64,000 nt of DNA from a virus: IMG/VR virus record IMGVR_UViG_3300007960_000014, positions 1 to 64,000 of that record, one strand, 5' to 3'. The notes beneath the pieces were generated by a model, which searched no databases, had not been told where the DNA came from, and saw nothing but the letters and a program-made list of their open reading frames with translations. Position 1 is the stretch's first letter; every line of letters starts with the position of its first letter. A program made the translations under genes and the position numbers. Below are positions 25,846-34,979 of this stretch, piece by piece.

Positions 25846-28266
25846 CTAGCTAGCGCTTGCCACTCCTCCAGTCTGGCTAGTTACGTTGATTTCGAATACG
25901 ACAATTTCTGCAGTTTTCGTAGGCTGTACGATTACCTTACACCAGAGTTCGTTTCTATCGATTCTAGCTGGAGTATTTACTGTCTCATCGCAGATTACCT
26001 TAAAGGCGTCTAAGCCTCTACGGTCTTTAATGTCTTGCAAGAGTGGTTGCAGAACATCAACAATTTGTTGTCTAGTGATTGCATCATTAGGTTCGAACAC
26101 AAAGCGTCTAGTACCAGCTAGGATTTGTTTCCTAATTTGAATCATTAGTCGTCTTACGTTAATTCTATCCAGGGCGGTAGAGGCTCTTTGAGCAGTTCTT
26201 TGCCCGAAGATTACTAAACCGTCCTGAGGGAAGCTTACAATTGGGTTGATTACGTTGCCTCCAGCGTATAGAGTATCTCTGTCGCCTTGGTTAAGAGTAA
26301 CTTCAGCTTCAGTAGGCTTGGTTAGTCTGCCTCTTCTCAAACCAGCAGGAGCAAACCATGGGTCTGCAACTTCATCTGTGAATGCCATCTGTCTGACAGC
26401 AAACACACCTGGGTCTAGATACTGGTCGGTAGCAGTGAAGACATTGAAAGTCTTTAGCCATGACCAATAAATAGCAGCGTAAGAGGAGTTAAGTGGAGAA
26501 GTTCTTCCATCACCTTTTCCGTTATGCCAGTTGATGGCTTCTTGTGCAGTTTTCAATCCTTGTGGGGGAGATAGTACAGCTAAGAAGTTTTGAGTTTGCT
26601 CAGCAACTGTTACTAAGTTATTTTGAACTGATTGCGTAGTAATACCTGGAACTAGGCACAGAGATAGGTTTAAGGTATCATCTCTGAAAGCCTGCATACC
26701 GCTTCTGTTTACTTGGTTTCCAATCAGCGCTTGAGTTACATTAGTATTAGTTAGGCTGTTGTTGTAGCTACCTGCGTCACCATTTACCCCGCTAACAAAG
26801 TCGTAGTTTCCTGCGAGTACTTTAGGGAAGGTTAGTGTTTGTGCACCGTTAGCGTTGTTAAGAGCTAATGAAGCTGCGTAACTAATGCCTTGTTGGGCGT
26901 TACCACTAACACCATTTTGTGCAGCTGCCGTGAACGTTCCACTGTACGTAGTAGGTCTGGTAGTTGTAGCCGCTCCTGCATAGAAGTTGTTAGAGTCTAC
27001 GTAAGCAAATCTAGCGTAGTACAAGTCTGACGTTTCGTTATTGCCATAAGTATTGGTATTAAGCACATCCATAACATCGTAAAGAGTGCTGTTCGGGTCA
27101 TTAACAAAATCTACAATATTGCTCTCAGCGGTAGCGCCGTCACTTTGCATATCAAAGACGGTATCCTTGCCTCTCTTGGCAGTAACCGCAGCTCGCAAGC
27201 CATAGGTAGTGACTCCAGTGCCTGTATTAGTAGAAGAGTAGTTATACCCTAAGCCTGGATGTAGTGATTGTAGGTTAATCGTACCACCCGTTGCCGAGGT
27301 AGGAGCTATGGTATTACCTAGAGAGTATACGCCAGAGCCGACCCAGCCTGATGCGTCTGCATCAGTGGGAAGTCCCGATAGTCCACCTTCGGCAAATCTC
27401 CAACTGTGCTGAACGTCTCCCATGGCAGTATAATCAACACCAGGAGTTCCAAACAGTCTCAGACCCCCCGCAGGACCAGCCATAGAGCTAGGAGCTCCGA
27501 AAGGCTTATCGTCGTTGTCTAAGAAGCCAGCGTTACTTCGTAAATCACTTACAGAAGGTTGAGCTACAGTTCCTCCAGGTCCTTGTAGAGATACATCTCC
27601 ACCACCAGCGACCTGACCAGTAGAGCCTAAAGCGCTAAAGTGGCTTGCAGTACTGGCAAAACCGCGAACTTTCATGTAAGCACCTGCGCCAGCGAACTTA
27701 GAAACGAAAGCGCCAACGTGTCCTTCATCGCCGCTAACGAAAGTAAACGGAGCAGATTCATCTAGGTACGTGGCTACAGTTTCGTTAATAGTATTAATAA
27801 CTTGGTCTTGGTCAGTAGAGCTTGGCACACCGACAACGTAAGGGTTATCAGGGCTTACTTGAACTCCATCTTGGTTCCAAACATCAATGAGGAAAGCGTA
27901 AGAAACTCCAACACCAGCCGATTCGTTAAGACCACTTAGGGAGGAAACCCAGACAGCAGGCTGAGTACCAGCCGATACGTTTACGCTAGCAGCACTTTGT
28001 GTTTGAGCTGCTGCACGAACGAAGTAAACTGAGTTTGTTCTCTCCAGAATTTGGTAAGCACCCCACAGACCCTGACCGCCAACAACAGTTCTTGGGTCAC
28101 CAAAAGTGTTGATTAACTGCTCTGCATTAGATACTAAGATTGCCTTATCTACGGGACCTTTAGACCCAAAGCCGAGAACCCCAACAACACTGCTGTTGAG
28201 GGAAGGGATGTAATCAGAAAAATCTTTTTCTATTACATAATTTCCGGGACTTACGAAACTTGCCAT
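25846..28266 (-). CDS. gp18: Contractile tail sheath protein (T4 gp18-like)
   Basis: FVSPG.Y..E.D, KGPVD, FG.P, PWFAPAG..RG, INPI, GQRT, DRINVRRL, FEPND, CDETVN. Confidence 0.95.
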   Translation of the reverse strand: MASFVSPGNYVIEKDFSDYIPSLNSSVVGVLGFGSKGPVDKAILVSNAEQLINTFGDPRTVVGGQGLWGAYQILERTNSVYFVRAAAQTQSAASVNVSAGTQPAVWVSSLSGLNESAGVGVSYAFLIDVWNQDGVQVSPDNPYVVGVPSSTDQDQVINTINETVATYLDESAPFTFVSGDEGHVGAFVSKFAGAGAYMKVRGFASTASHFSALGSTGQVAGGGDVSLQGPGGTVAQPSVSDLRSNAGFLDNDDKPFGAPSSMAGPAGGLRLFGTPGVDYTAMGDVQHSWRFAEGGLSGLPTDADASGWVGSGVYSLGNTIAPTSATGGTINLQSLHPGLGYNYSSTNTGTGVTTYGLRAAVTAKRGKDTVFDMQSDGATAESNIVDFVNDPNSTLYDVMDVLNTNTYGNNETSDLYYARFAYVDSNNFYAGAATTTRPTTYSGTFTAAAQNGVSGNAQQGISYAASLALNNANGAQTLTFPKVLAGNYDFVSGVNGDAGSYNNSLTNTNVTQALIGNQVNRSGMQAFRDDTLNLSLCLVPGITTQSVQNNLVTVAEQTQNFLAVLSPPQGLKTAQEAINWHNGKGDGRTSPLNSSYAAIYWSWLKTFNVFTATDQYLDPGVFAVRQMAFTDEVADPWFAPAGLRRGRLTKPTEAEVTLNQGDRDTLYAGGNVINPIVSFPQDGLVIFGQRTAQRASTALDRINVRRLMIQIRKQILAGTRRFVFEPNDAITRQQIVDVLQPLLQDIKDRRGLDAFKVICDETVNTPARIDRNELWCKVIVQPTKTAEIVVFEINVTSQTGGVASAS

Positions 28267-28276
28267 TTATATTCTC

Positions 28277-28519
28277 CTAGTTTTCATTTGTTACTTCAAT
28301 TAACCTATTCTGAAGATGTGAATTTGCGGTGGAAGAAAGAGTAACCCTGGGAACTGAAATAGCGTCACCCGGATTTAGCCAGAAATGTTGCCACTCACCT
28401 TTAATCATCAGAATAAGTTCTAGTCCACTACCGCAAACATTAGCGACTCGCATAGTTTTAGGCGTAACAACGGGAGTAGTTTTGGGAGTTGATTTTTTAG
28501 TTGTGGTTTTTTTAGCCAT
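28277..28519 (-). CDS. Hypothetical 80-aa protein
   Basis: ATG-start ORF preceded by the late-promoter motif; Lys/Thr-rich N-terminus. Confidence 0.65.
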   Translation of the reverse strand: MAKKTTTKKSTPKTTPVVTPKTMRVANVCGSGLELILMIKGEWQHFWLNPGDAISVPRVTLSSTANSHLQNRLIEVTNEN

Positions 28520-28532
28520 TCTCTTCTCTATG

Positions 28533-28542
28533 TATTATTTAG
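28533..28542 (-). promoter_or_regulatory. Putative late promoter CTAAATAATA
   Basis: Variant of the recurrent motif, upstream of the sheath operon. Confidence 0.5.
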
Positions 28543-28571
28543 AAGTTTCCGACGAGATAATGGTAAACTTT

Positions 28572-29339
28572 TTATGTAAGTTCTGTAGGAACAACCAAAC
28601 TCTTAATCTTCCCGTTAGTTGCAAGGAGATATTTGTGCTGTGGAAGGTATCCCTCCACGTTAACGGTAAAAGCTTTTTGAACTATTCTATCCTGTCTATC
28701 CCCTACACTCAAAGTTGATTGGTCTGTAGAGTACGCAATGAATGCTGGAGTGCCCTTTCCGAAAGAAGTGGTAACTGGCATGGAGGGTCTGAAGCTGTCC
28801 TCCAGCTGCTCGGAGAGTTGGTTTAAATCTTCGATGTACTTTGCCCACAAGTTTATCCTATACATCAGGTTCAGGGCTTTAGGAGCTAAGGAAACTACTC
28901 TCTGAGCCCTTCTAGTCTCAACGTCAAACTTTCTTTCCATAACAACATTAAAATCAGGCTTTCTTCTGTTTACATCTTCCTGGGTGTTGATAATAGAGAC
29001 GGAAACTAGAGGTAATTTAAAAGTTCTTGTTTCAGATAGTTTAGCAACAGCTCTCTCTTGGTTGGCAAAGATAACCTCAATATCTTCTATAGCTCTCCCC
29101 TGCGTATCTACGATACTAAACCCTCTAAGATTATCCATCAGGGACTGAGTATACTCCCGATAAAAATTTACTCTGTTATTATTTTTCCTATCCAGCTCTT
29201 GAAGCTCATCGTACAAGTCGTTGTATAGTTTTGCACTAGAGTTAACAAAACCCGAGGCACTATTAATAACTAGTATCTCCTGGTCAACAGGAGGATTAGG
29301 AGGAGTTAAGTTTCCAGATAAGGTAGTTTTAGTAACCAT
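28572..29339 (-). CDS. Tail completion / sheath-terminator protein (T4 gp15-like)
   Basis: FAN.ERA, LP.VS, P..L.Y.INLW.KY..DLNQ..EQ...F.P, VEGY; located between neck and sheath genes. Confidence 0.65.
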   Translation of the reverse strand: MVTKTTLSGNLTPPNPPVDQEILVINSASGFVNSSAKLYNDLYDELQELDRKNNNRVNFYREYTQSLMDNLRGFSIVDTQGRAIEDIEVIFANQERAVAKLSETRTFKLPLVSVSIINTQEDVNRRKPDFNVVMERKFDVETRRAQRVVSLAPKALNLMYRINLWAKYIEDLNQLSEQLEDSFRPSMPVTTSFGKGTPAFIAYSTDQSTLSVGDRQDRIVQKAFTVNVEGYLPQHKYLLATNGKIKSLVVPTELT

Positions 29340-30226
29340 TATCCAAAGGTAGTGAATGCGGCTGGCGGTTCTTCGATTTCAGTTAGAAGCTCTTGTAATA
29401 GTGTAGCTTTCTCAGCTTCAGACTCTTGTGATAGTTGAGGACCATTTAGCTGTGCTCCACCAGCAGGAGAAGGTAGTGTAGTATACTTACCTCTTATTTG
29501 ACCAAGAATACCTTTAGACACAGCGGTAGCATATCTTTGCAGCCAATTAATATAATAGTGGTGAAGTGTAGGAGTGTTTAGAGCTTTGAATATAACCACA
29601 ACCTGTTCGTTAATACTCGTAGGGACAGGGAACAGCTGTAGGTATTCACCATTAACCACGTTAAACATACCCTCTCTACCTAGAACTCTTCTCATGGTTT
29701 TTAAAGAAGTTTGTAGGATAAAGAAATCAGCTACTCCAAAATCTTGGAACAAGAAGTTTTCCTGGAAATATTTAATGAAGAAATCAAACTCTAGAGTTCC
29801 TGATTGCTCTGCAATAGACAATAATGTTTTTTTGTATGCTGCGTATTGTAGATTATTTAAAACGAACTTAGGTAGTTTATATAAGCCTACACCCAGCTGT
29901 GTTTGAAACGTCATATAGTTTATACACCAATCAGGAGCATGATAATCTAATCTAGATATAGCTTCATCTATAGCAGTTAATATCTGGAAGTTTGTTAGTT
30001 CTACTCTTACTACTGGATGTCCTAATCTAGCTTTTACAGAATCTTTTATAATAGTATAAAACTCATTAAAGGCAACTCTATCGGTAAAACGACGACGATT
30101 TAGCGAATCAAAATCAATTTCATTGCCAGAAGTGGTTAACGCAGACGCGGCAACTCCTGGGTCTTCTCCTACTCTAACGCCAAAAGTAGAGCCGTAGGAA
30201 GAATTAGGTACAACAAACTTAGCCAT
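29339..30226 (-). CDS. gp13: Neck/head-completion protein (T4 gp13-like)
   Basis: LGHPVVRVEL...QI..AIDEA, WLQRYA.A..K..LG.IRGKY..LP...G..LNG; start moved to ATG 30226. Confidence 0.82.
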   Translation of the reverse strand: MAKFVVPNSSYGSTFGVRVGEDPGVAASALTTSGNEIDFDSLNRRRFTDRVAFNEFYTIIKDSVKARLGHPVVRVELTNFQILTAIDEAISRLDYHAPDWCINYMTFQTQLGVGLYKLPKFVLNNLQYAAYKKTLLSIAEQSGTLEFDFFIKYFQENFLFQDFGVADFFILQTSLKTMRRVLGREGMFNVVNGEYLQLFPVPTSINEQVVVIFKALNTPTLHHYYINWLQRYATAVSKGILGQIRGKYTTLPSPAGGAQLNGPQLSQESEAEKATLLQELLTEIEEPPAAFTTFG

Positions 30227-30234
30227 GGGTATAC

Positions 30235-30244
30235 TATTATATAG
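30235..30244 (-). promoter_or_regulatory. Putative late promoter CTATATAATA
   Basis: Just downstream of the capsid terminator and 8 nt before the gp13 ATG. Confidence 0.55.
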
Positions 30245-30250
30245 CCCAAT

Positions 30251-30286
30251 AAAAAGAAGAAGCCCACTCAAAAAGAGCGGGCTTCT
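30251..30286 (-). terminator. Rho-independent terminator after the major capsid gene
   Basis: Minus strand AGAAGCCCGCTC-TTTTT-GAGTGGGCTTCT-TCTTTTT. Confidence 0.85.
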
Positions 30287-30308
30287 ATTATTAATCAGTC
30301 GTTATCCG

Positions 30309-31910
30309 TTAGGGAGCGACTTGGCTATTCAGAGATGCCTTAGCGAACGGAGTTAACAGGTAGTTAGAGTTCGCGCCGATAATACGGATGATTCGGTAGA
30401 ATCTGGACTCAGGTCCAATACCGACCTTGCCGTACCTAGTGAGCAAGCCCTTTCTAGGTTGGAAGGTTTCTGGGTCCGTAATGGTTGGTAGCATCTGGAG
30501 CGGAATGTATGGGCAGTAGCAGTAGCCAGCATCCATAGGTGAAGAACCTTTGTAGCCCAGCATGATTTCATCATCTGGGTAAAGCGGGTCAACGTAAACG
30601 TCGAACTGACCCATGAACTTACCTTTGTATTGGATGTTAGCACCGAGAGTGCCGATTTCCTCCTTAGGTGCGCCACCCTCAAGCTTAGAAGCTGAGTAAA
30701 GGATAGCAGCCATGAATGGAGAAGTAACAATCCAGTTAGCAGCACCACGCAAGGTACTCTTGTAGATATCTTGCGAAGCGAACTGAATCGCAGCCAACAA
30801 GTTGGCATATACTTCACCAACGTGACGAGGAGCTAGACCAAGTGCACTCGTACCAAAGTCCACAAGAAGGACGTTTTGTAGCGAGCCAGCAGGGTTAGTA
30901 CCAAAGTAACCGTTAGTGGAATCGTATTGGTCGGTAGTAACACCAAACTTGTTGGCATTATCGACACCATTCATAGCGTAATCGAATGCGCCTGGAGTAA
31001 AGTTTACGCCATCGCTACCAAAGTTGTTAGCGTTAGGCTGTTCCAGGCTGCCACGATAACCCCATGCAGCAGAGTTCAGACCCCAATCGTAAGCTAGGTT
31101 ACGAATGTCTTCGATGATTTCACGGTCAATCTCAAGAGCAACTTCCTTACCAAGAAGGTCAGTCAGTTCACGCTCTAGGTCAAGGTTGTGATAAGCACGA
31201 AGGTCTTGTGCAGCCTCTAACGTCCAGAGAGCACGGAACTTACGGGTACGAGCCGTAACTGCCTGCTGTTCGATGTGGAAGTTAATTTGAGGAATAGCTG
31301 AACCAGAAAGTCTTTCACCAGCAGATACGTTGTACTTAGCACCGTAGTAATCAGTTGGAGCAACAGAACTTGGGAAGTTCGCAATGAAACCACCGACTGT
31401 ATCAGGTGATGCAGTAAAAGCGTTACCAGAAAGACCAGATAGAGTCTTACCGCCAGCGCCAGCAGCGTCAGTGCTTACATCAAGTGCGCCTAGGTTACCC
31501 TGGGTAGTAGCAATCTTGCCTGCATAAGTGATGTTAAATCTGCTGTACATAGTGTTACCTTCACCACCGGCAGGGTTAGTAACTCGGTCACTACCTAAGT
31601 AGAATACCTGAGAAACTGGACCTTGCATGGGCTGAACACCAGCAATCTTGTTAGCAATTAGTTCCGGGAACACGCGGCGAACTAGTGGGAAAGCGAACTT
31701 TTGAAAGGTACCGAGGTTGCCTACAGTAGTATCTTCTGAAAGCAAGCCGCCGTTCTCTTTCTGCATGTCAGTAAGGACGCTACGAGCTTGGTTTTCAAGA
31801 AGGACAGCAGTAGACTCGCGAACATACGCGTCATCAATACCCTCAAGAATAGGCTCCCACTTATGAATGAGAGGATTACCCTCTCTAGAATTTTCAGTGA
31901 GATATTGCAT
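30309..31910 (-). CDS. gp23: Major capsid protein (T4 gp23-like)
   Basis: KWEPILEG, AVLLENQ, PLVRRVFP.LIA..I.GVQPM.GP, ARTRK..A.WT.E.AQDL...H.LD.E.EL, EIDRE, YCPYIPL, DP.TFQP..G..TRYG. Confidence 0.96.
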   Translation of the reverse strand: MQYLTENSREGNPLIHKWEPILEGIDDAYVRESTAVLLENQARSVLTDMQKENGGLLSEDTTVGNLGTFQKFAFPLVRRVFPELIANKIAGVQPMQGPVSQVFYLGSDRVTNPAGGEGNTMYSRFNITYAGKIATTQGNLGALDVSTDAAGAGGKTLSGLSGNAFTASPDTVGGFIANFPSSVAPTDYYGAKYNVSAGERLSGSAIPQINFHIEQQAVTARTRKFRALWTLEAAQDLRAYHNLDLERELTDLLGKEVALEIDREIIEDIRNLAYDWGLNSAAWGYRGSLEQPNANNFGSDGVNFTPGAFDYAMNGVDNANKFGVTTDQYDSTNGYFGTNPAGSLQNVLLVDFGTSALGLAPRHVGEVYANLLAAIQFASQDIYKSTLRGAANWIVTSPFMAAILYSASKLEGGAPKEEIGTLGANIQYKGKFMGQFDVYVDPLYPDDEIMLGYKGSSPMDAGYCYCPYIPLQMLPTITDPETFQPRKGLLTRYGKVGIGPESRFYRIIRIIGANSNYLLTPFAKASLNSQVAP

Positions 31911-31912
31911 TT

Positions 31913-32545
31913 TTACTTTCTCCCCTCATTAATCAATTGTGAGAGTCTAATAACATCCTCGGATAGGAAGCGATTGGCGCTTGCCTGCTCGGAGAGTACC
32001 TTTCGGTCTGGGTCATTAGTGATTACTACAGCGGATTCAGAAGACTTGAAGGGCAGTGAAGCTGCCTCTTCTAAGTTTGCTCGTTGCTCTTGTAGATTAG
32101 CAACGCCTTCTTCTAATTCCGCGTTGGATTCTTCAAGGGTTCTAACTTTACCCTCAAGAAGAACGTTCTCCTGTGCAGCGATGTTTAAGCTTTCGTTCAG
32201 ACTTCCAACGGATTCCTCCAGTTCAGAAATCTTAGCTTCATACTCGCCTAAGGCAGAATTCATGTCTTCATGGTCTATGTCGGTTGCAACCAAAGTCTTA
32301 ACGGCTTCATATATTTTTAAAGCGCGAGCATTCTCATCACTTGCTTCGAACTCTTGTCTTGCAGCATGACGCATCTCATCTAATTTAAGACGTAAAAAAG
32401 AACTAACTTTTGATTCAAGAAGATTAACTTGCTCTTGAACTCGTTCTTCTACAACTTCATCAACCAGAGAACACACTTCTTCAACACTTTGCTCCGAAAT
32501 ACCTTCGGTCAAAGTGCCAATGATTTGTTGAATTTTGTTTTCCAT
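31913..32545 (-). CDS. Prohead core scaffold protein (T4 gp22-like)
   Basis: Glu-rich coiled coil with many L-x-E sites, between protease and capsid genes. Confidence 0.75.
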   Translation of the reverse strand: MENKIQQIIGTLTEGISEQSVEEVCSLVDEVVEERVQEQVNLLESKVSSFLRLKLDEMRHAARQEFEASDENARALKIYEAVKTLVATDIDHEDMNSALGEYEAKISELEESVGSLNESLNIAAQENVLLEGKVRTLEESNAELEEGVANLQEQRANLEEAASLPFKSSESAVVITNDPDRKVLSEQASANRFLSEDVIRLSQLINEGRK

Positions 32546-32562
32546 GGTTTCCTCTAGTACAG

Positions 32563-32570
32563 TTATTTAC
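32563..32570 (-). promoter_or_regulatory. Putative late promoter variant GTAAATAA
   Basis: Upstream of the GAGGA RBS of the scaffold gene. Confidence 0.35.
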
Positions 32571-32599
32571 TTGTTTAAAATCCAAACGCTAAAAAAATT

Positions 32600-33214
32600 T
32601 TACTTTTTGCGCAGTTTTTTCTTTAGCGCAGTAATAAAAACTTTTTCTGCTTTTAAGTTTTCAAGATTCTCTACTATATGCTCCCTTTGTTCGGACACTA
32701 GTTGAGATTCTTGAAGGGTAGGGAATGCTCCCTGACAGGAGGGGTCGGACACCATATCCCATGTAATCATCTTTAGGTTGTCTCCAACTTGCATATGGTT
32801 TTCACCTACAATAGGAGTTAGTGTTCCGGTGCCTCTAGATGAGATACCAATCTTAACACCTGCCTTTAGTAGTTCTTGAAGAACTTTACCGGAAGGGGTG
32901 TTTAAAATCTCTGCTTCTCCTATAACTTGGTTGCCTTCCATATGCAAACCAGTTATTAAATGGGAAGCATTAGTTAAGTGAACTACTTCATTAGAAGGAT
33001 GGTCTAGCTCACCGACTAATCTTCTTTCGGCAATCATTTCCTGCAATCTATTAACTTCTCGCGCAAGAGTATCTTTTTTATAGATTCTTTTGTTACCATT
33101 CGCTTTTTCTGCCTCTTGGAACAGACCTCTAACTTTCATGTTTCCATTTCCGCCACGAGACTCACTAATAATTTCAACGTGACCAAATCCATAAAAATCT
33201 CTTAGTAAACTCAT
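32600..33214 (-). CDS. gp21: Prohead protease (T4 gp21-like)
   Basis: G.FQ.AE..N.N.RIY, GELDHP, SH.I, ILNTP.G, GISSRG.G, D.V.DPS. Confidence 0.93.
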   Translation of the reverse strand: MSLLRDFYGFGHVEIISESRGGNGNMKVRGLFQEAEKANGNKRIYKKDTLAREVNRLQEMIAERRLVGELDHPSNEVVHLTNASHLITGLHMEGNQVIGEAEILNTPSGKVLQELLKAGVKIGISSRGTGTLTPIVGENHMQVGDNLKMITWDMVSDPSCQGAFPTLQESQLVSEQREHIVENLENLKAEKVFITALKKKLRKK

Positions 33215-33882
33215 TTCTTTCTCCTTTTAATTTTTTGTGGCTTTCCCGTAAAGTATACGGTTGAACTATCGGGAATCTTGGTTACAATGCCAGAGTTCCA
33301 TGCTTTAGAAAACATCGGGTCTCCTTGAACTACATGCCCTTCGGCAACCTGAACTTTTTTCTTTTTCTTTTTCTTCTTATCCTTCTTAAGACCTGGGTAC
33401 GAATACGAAGGAGCAGGTGTATGTCCTGGTCCTCCCATATTCACGCCAATGGCACCTACCGTAGTCATTTCTTGAAGTATGTGTCTAGCAGCTTTAAGAA
33501 CTTCAATTTCTTCCTTAGTTAAAGTTTTCTTCAGCCGTTTCGATGCATGCCTATTTTGTTGCCCTGGGCGGAAGTTAGGGTCATTAATGTTCTTTAATTT
33601 CTTTTGAGCCTCCTTATCACCTTCCTCAGCCTTTATCTGCAAATCTTTCATTTTACCTTCCGCAAGTAAAGCAGATTGAATAAAAAGATTTCTTGCATTA
33701 TCAGTACAAGGAGGAAGAGCTTCGTGAACAGGAACTCCAGCGGAAGATGCCTTGGGTAATCTAGGGGATTGCATGGACTCATTGATGCTCTGAGTAGGAA
33801 AGGATTGAACATTACCTTCCTCATCAGAAACACCATAAGTGCTGAGTATTTCATCAGCCATTTGAGCCATGCTTTTTGCCAT
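33211..33882 (-). CDS. Basic putative prohead core/internal protein
   Basis: INES, LAEG, LQEM, VAEG cleavage-like sites; poly-Lys tract; upstream of gp21. Confidence 0.55.
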   Translation of the reverse strand: MAKSMAQMADEILSTYGVSDEEGNVQSFPTQSINESMQSPRLPKASSAGVPVHEALPPCTDNARNLFIQSALLAEGKMKDLQIKAEEGDKEAQKKLKNINDPNFRPGQQNRHASKRLKKTLTKEEIEVLKAARHILQEMTTVGAIGVNMGGPGHTPAPSYSYPGLKKDKKKKKKKKVQVAEGHVVQGDPMFSKAWNSGIVTKIPDSSTVYFTGKPQKIKRRKK

Positions 33883-34409
33883 TAGTTTACTTCCTTAACA
33901 TAAAGAGCGTGCTCATACTCATCGTCTTCATCAACGACAATAAATTCACCGTTTTCATCTTCAGATAAGAAAGCGACAAAATCCGCATCCTCTTCACTCT
34001 CACAAACAATGTAGTCTCTACCTTCAACGGTTAAAACAGTTTCGTTATCTTCTTCTGCTTCAACGTCTTCAGTAAGACCGACATAGTATTCACCTTCGAT
34101 TTCGTAGATGTCCTCAGACAGTCCATACTCAACGTCATTAAATACTACGTTTTCAGTTATAACATTAGATTCAGTAAGTTGGCTGTACTGAGTGTCTGAA
34201 AGTTCTGCTAGCTTTAAGAACATAAAGTCTTCGTGCTCATAAACAGTTTCTTCCAAACCAAAAACACTACCATTGTTCTCGTACAGAGCGGGGATTTCTT
34301 CAGCCTCACCGACTGGAGCAGCTCCTAAACCTTCCATAAGGTGATTTACAAAATCTTGGGGAACTCCTTTAATGCCTAAAGAGTTGTTGTCTTGCGCGAT
34401 ATATTTCAT
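33882..34409 (-). CDS. Highly acidic putative prohead core protein (gp67-like position)
   Basis: Asp/Glu-rich with many L/I-x-E sites and an internal repeat. Confidence 0.55.
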   Translation of the reverse strand: MKYIAQDNNSLGIKGVPQDFVNHLMEGLGAAPVGEAEEIPALYENNGSVFGLEETVYEHEDFMFLKLAELSDTQYSQLTESNVITENVVFNDVEYGLSEDIYEIEGEYYVGLTEDVEAEEDNETVLTVEGRDYIVCESEEDADFVAFLSEDENGEFIVVDEDDEYEHALYVKEVN

Positions 34410-34411
34410 AA

Positions 34412-34858
34412 TTAATTCTCCTCAACTAAAAGACGCGCACCTTCGGGCGTGGTCTTTACTATTGATTCTAATTTATCTAGTCTTTGCTTATACAAATCAA
34501 CTTCTTTTTTTGTTTTTTTTGCGAAGTTAGTAGGTAAAGGCATATTATCTTTTGCCCATGTTCTAAACCTCTTACTTAGGAGCGGTACCACAACAAAGAT
34601 AAGTAGGTACCAATAACCAACTTTTTGGAGAAGGTCACCTGCTTCATTAAGGGAAGAAGCTACCGGTCCTATTGGCTCCGGGTCAGAAGAGTCGTCGGGA
34701 AAGGTACTTTGGGCTACCGCGACTCCTACTGCTGCTCCTGCTGCAGCTCCTCCTGGACCCGCTAAACTTCCTGCTGCTGCTCCGCCAGCACCGAAGCCAA
34801 TCGGGGCGAGCATTGAGCAACTAGCAAACAGAAGAGTAAATGCGACTAGGAGCCTCAT
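34412..34858 (-). CDS. Lipoprotein with glycine zipper and a second transmembrane helix (spanin-like candidate)
   Basis: MRLLVAFTLLFAS/C lipobox; GAGGAAAGSLAGPGGAAAGAAVG; TM YWYLLIFVVVPLL followed by basic residues; start moved to ATG 34858. Confidence 0.6.
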   Translation of the reverse strand: MRLLVAFTLLFASCSMLAPIGFGAGGAAAGSLAGPGGAAAGAAVGVAVAQSTFPDDSSDPEPIGPVASSLNEAGDLLQKVGYWYLLIFVVVPLLSKRFRTWAKDNMPLPTNFAKKTKKEVDLYKQRLDKLESIVKTTPEGARLLVEEN

Positions 34859-34959
34859 ACCGCAAAAACACCAAGGACGAACCCCGCGACTAGAGCGAGG
34901 AGCCAATCCCAGTTTCGGGCGATAGCAGCGTTCAGTTGTTCAAGAATGGTTTTCCACAT
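34855..34959 (-). CDS. 34-aa single-pass membrane peptide MWKTILEQLNAAIARNWDWLLALVAGFVLGVFAV (not in the ORF track)
   Basis: ATG at 34959 just after the late-promoter motif; its TGA overlaps the lipoprotein ATG (ATGA). Confidence 0.65.
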   Translation of the reverse strand: MWKTILEQLNAAIARNWDWLLALVAGFVLGVFAV

Positions 34960-34965
34960 AATAAG

Positions 34966-34973
34966 TTATATAG
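34966..34973 (-). promoter_or_regulatory. Putative late promoter CTATATAA
   Basis: 6 nt before the ATG of the 34-aa ORF. Confidence 0.5.
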
Positions 34974-34979
34974 TATTAA

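Noticed and set aside
30353-32369. ORFs 30353-30820 (-) and 31788-32369 (+)
   Set aside because: Shadows of the capsid and scaffold genes caused by codon bias
33350-33390. T-rich low-complexity run as a terminator or slippage site
   Set aside because: It encodes the in-frame poly-Lys tract of 33211-33882 and has no adjacent hairpin
34860-34950. GC-richer stretch that first looked like a structured ncRNA or tRNA
   Set aside because: No cloverleaf or T-loop consensus; better explained as the 34-aa membrane ORF
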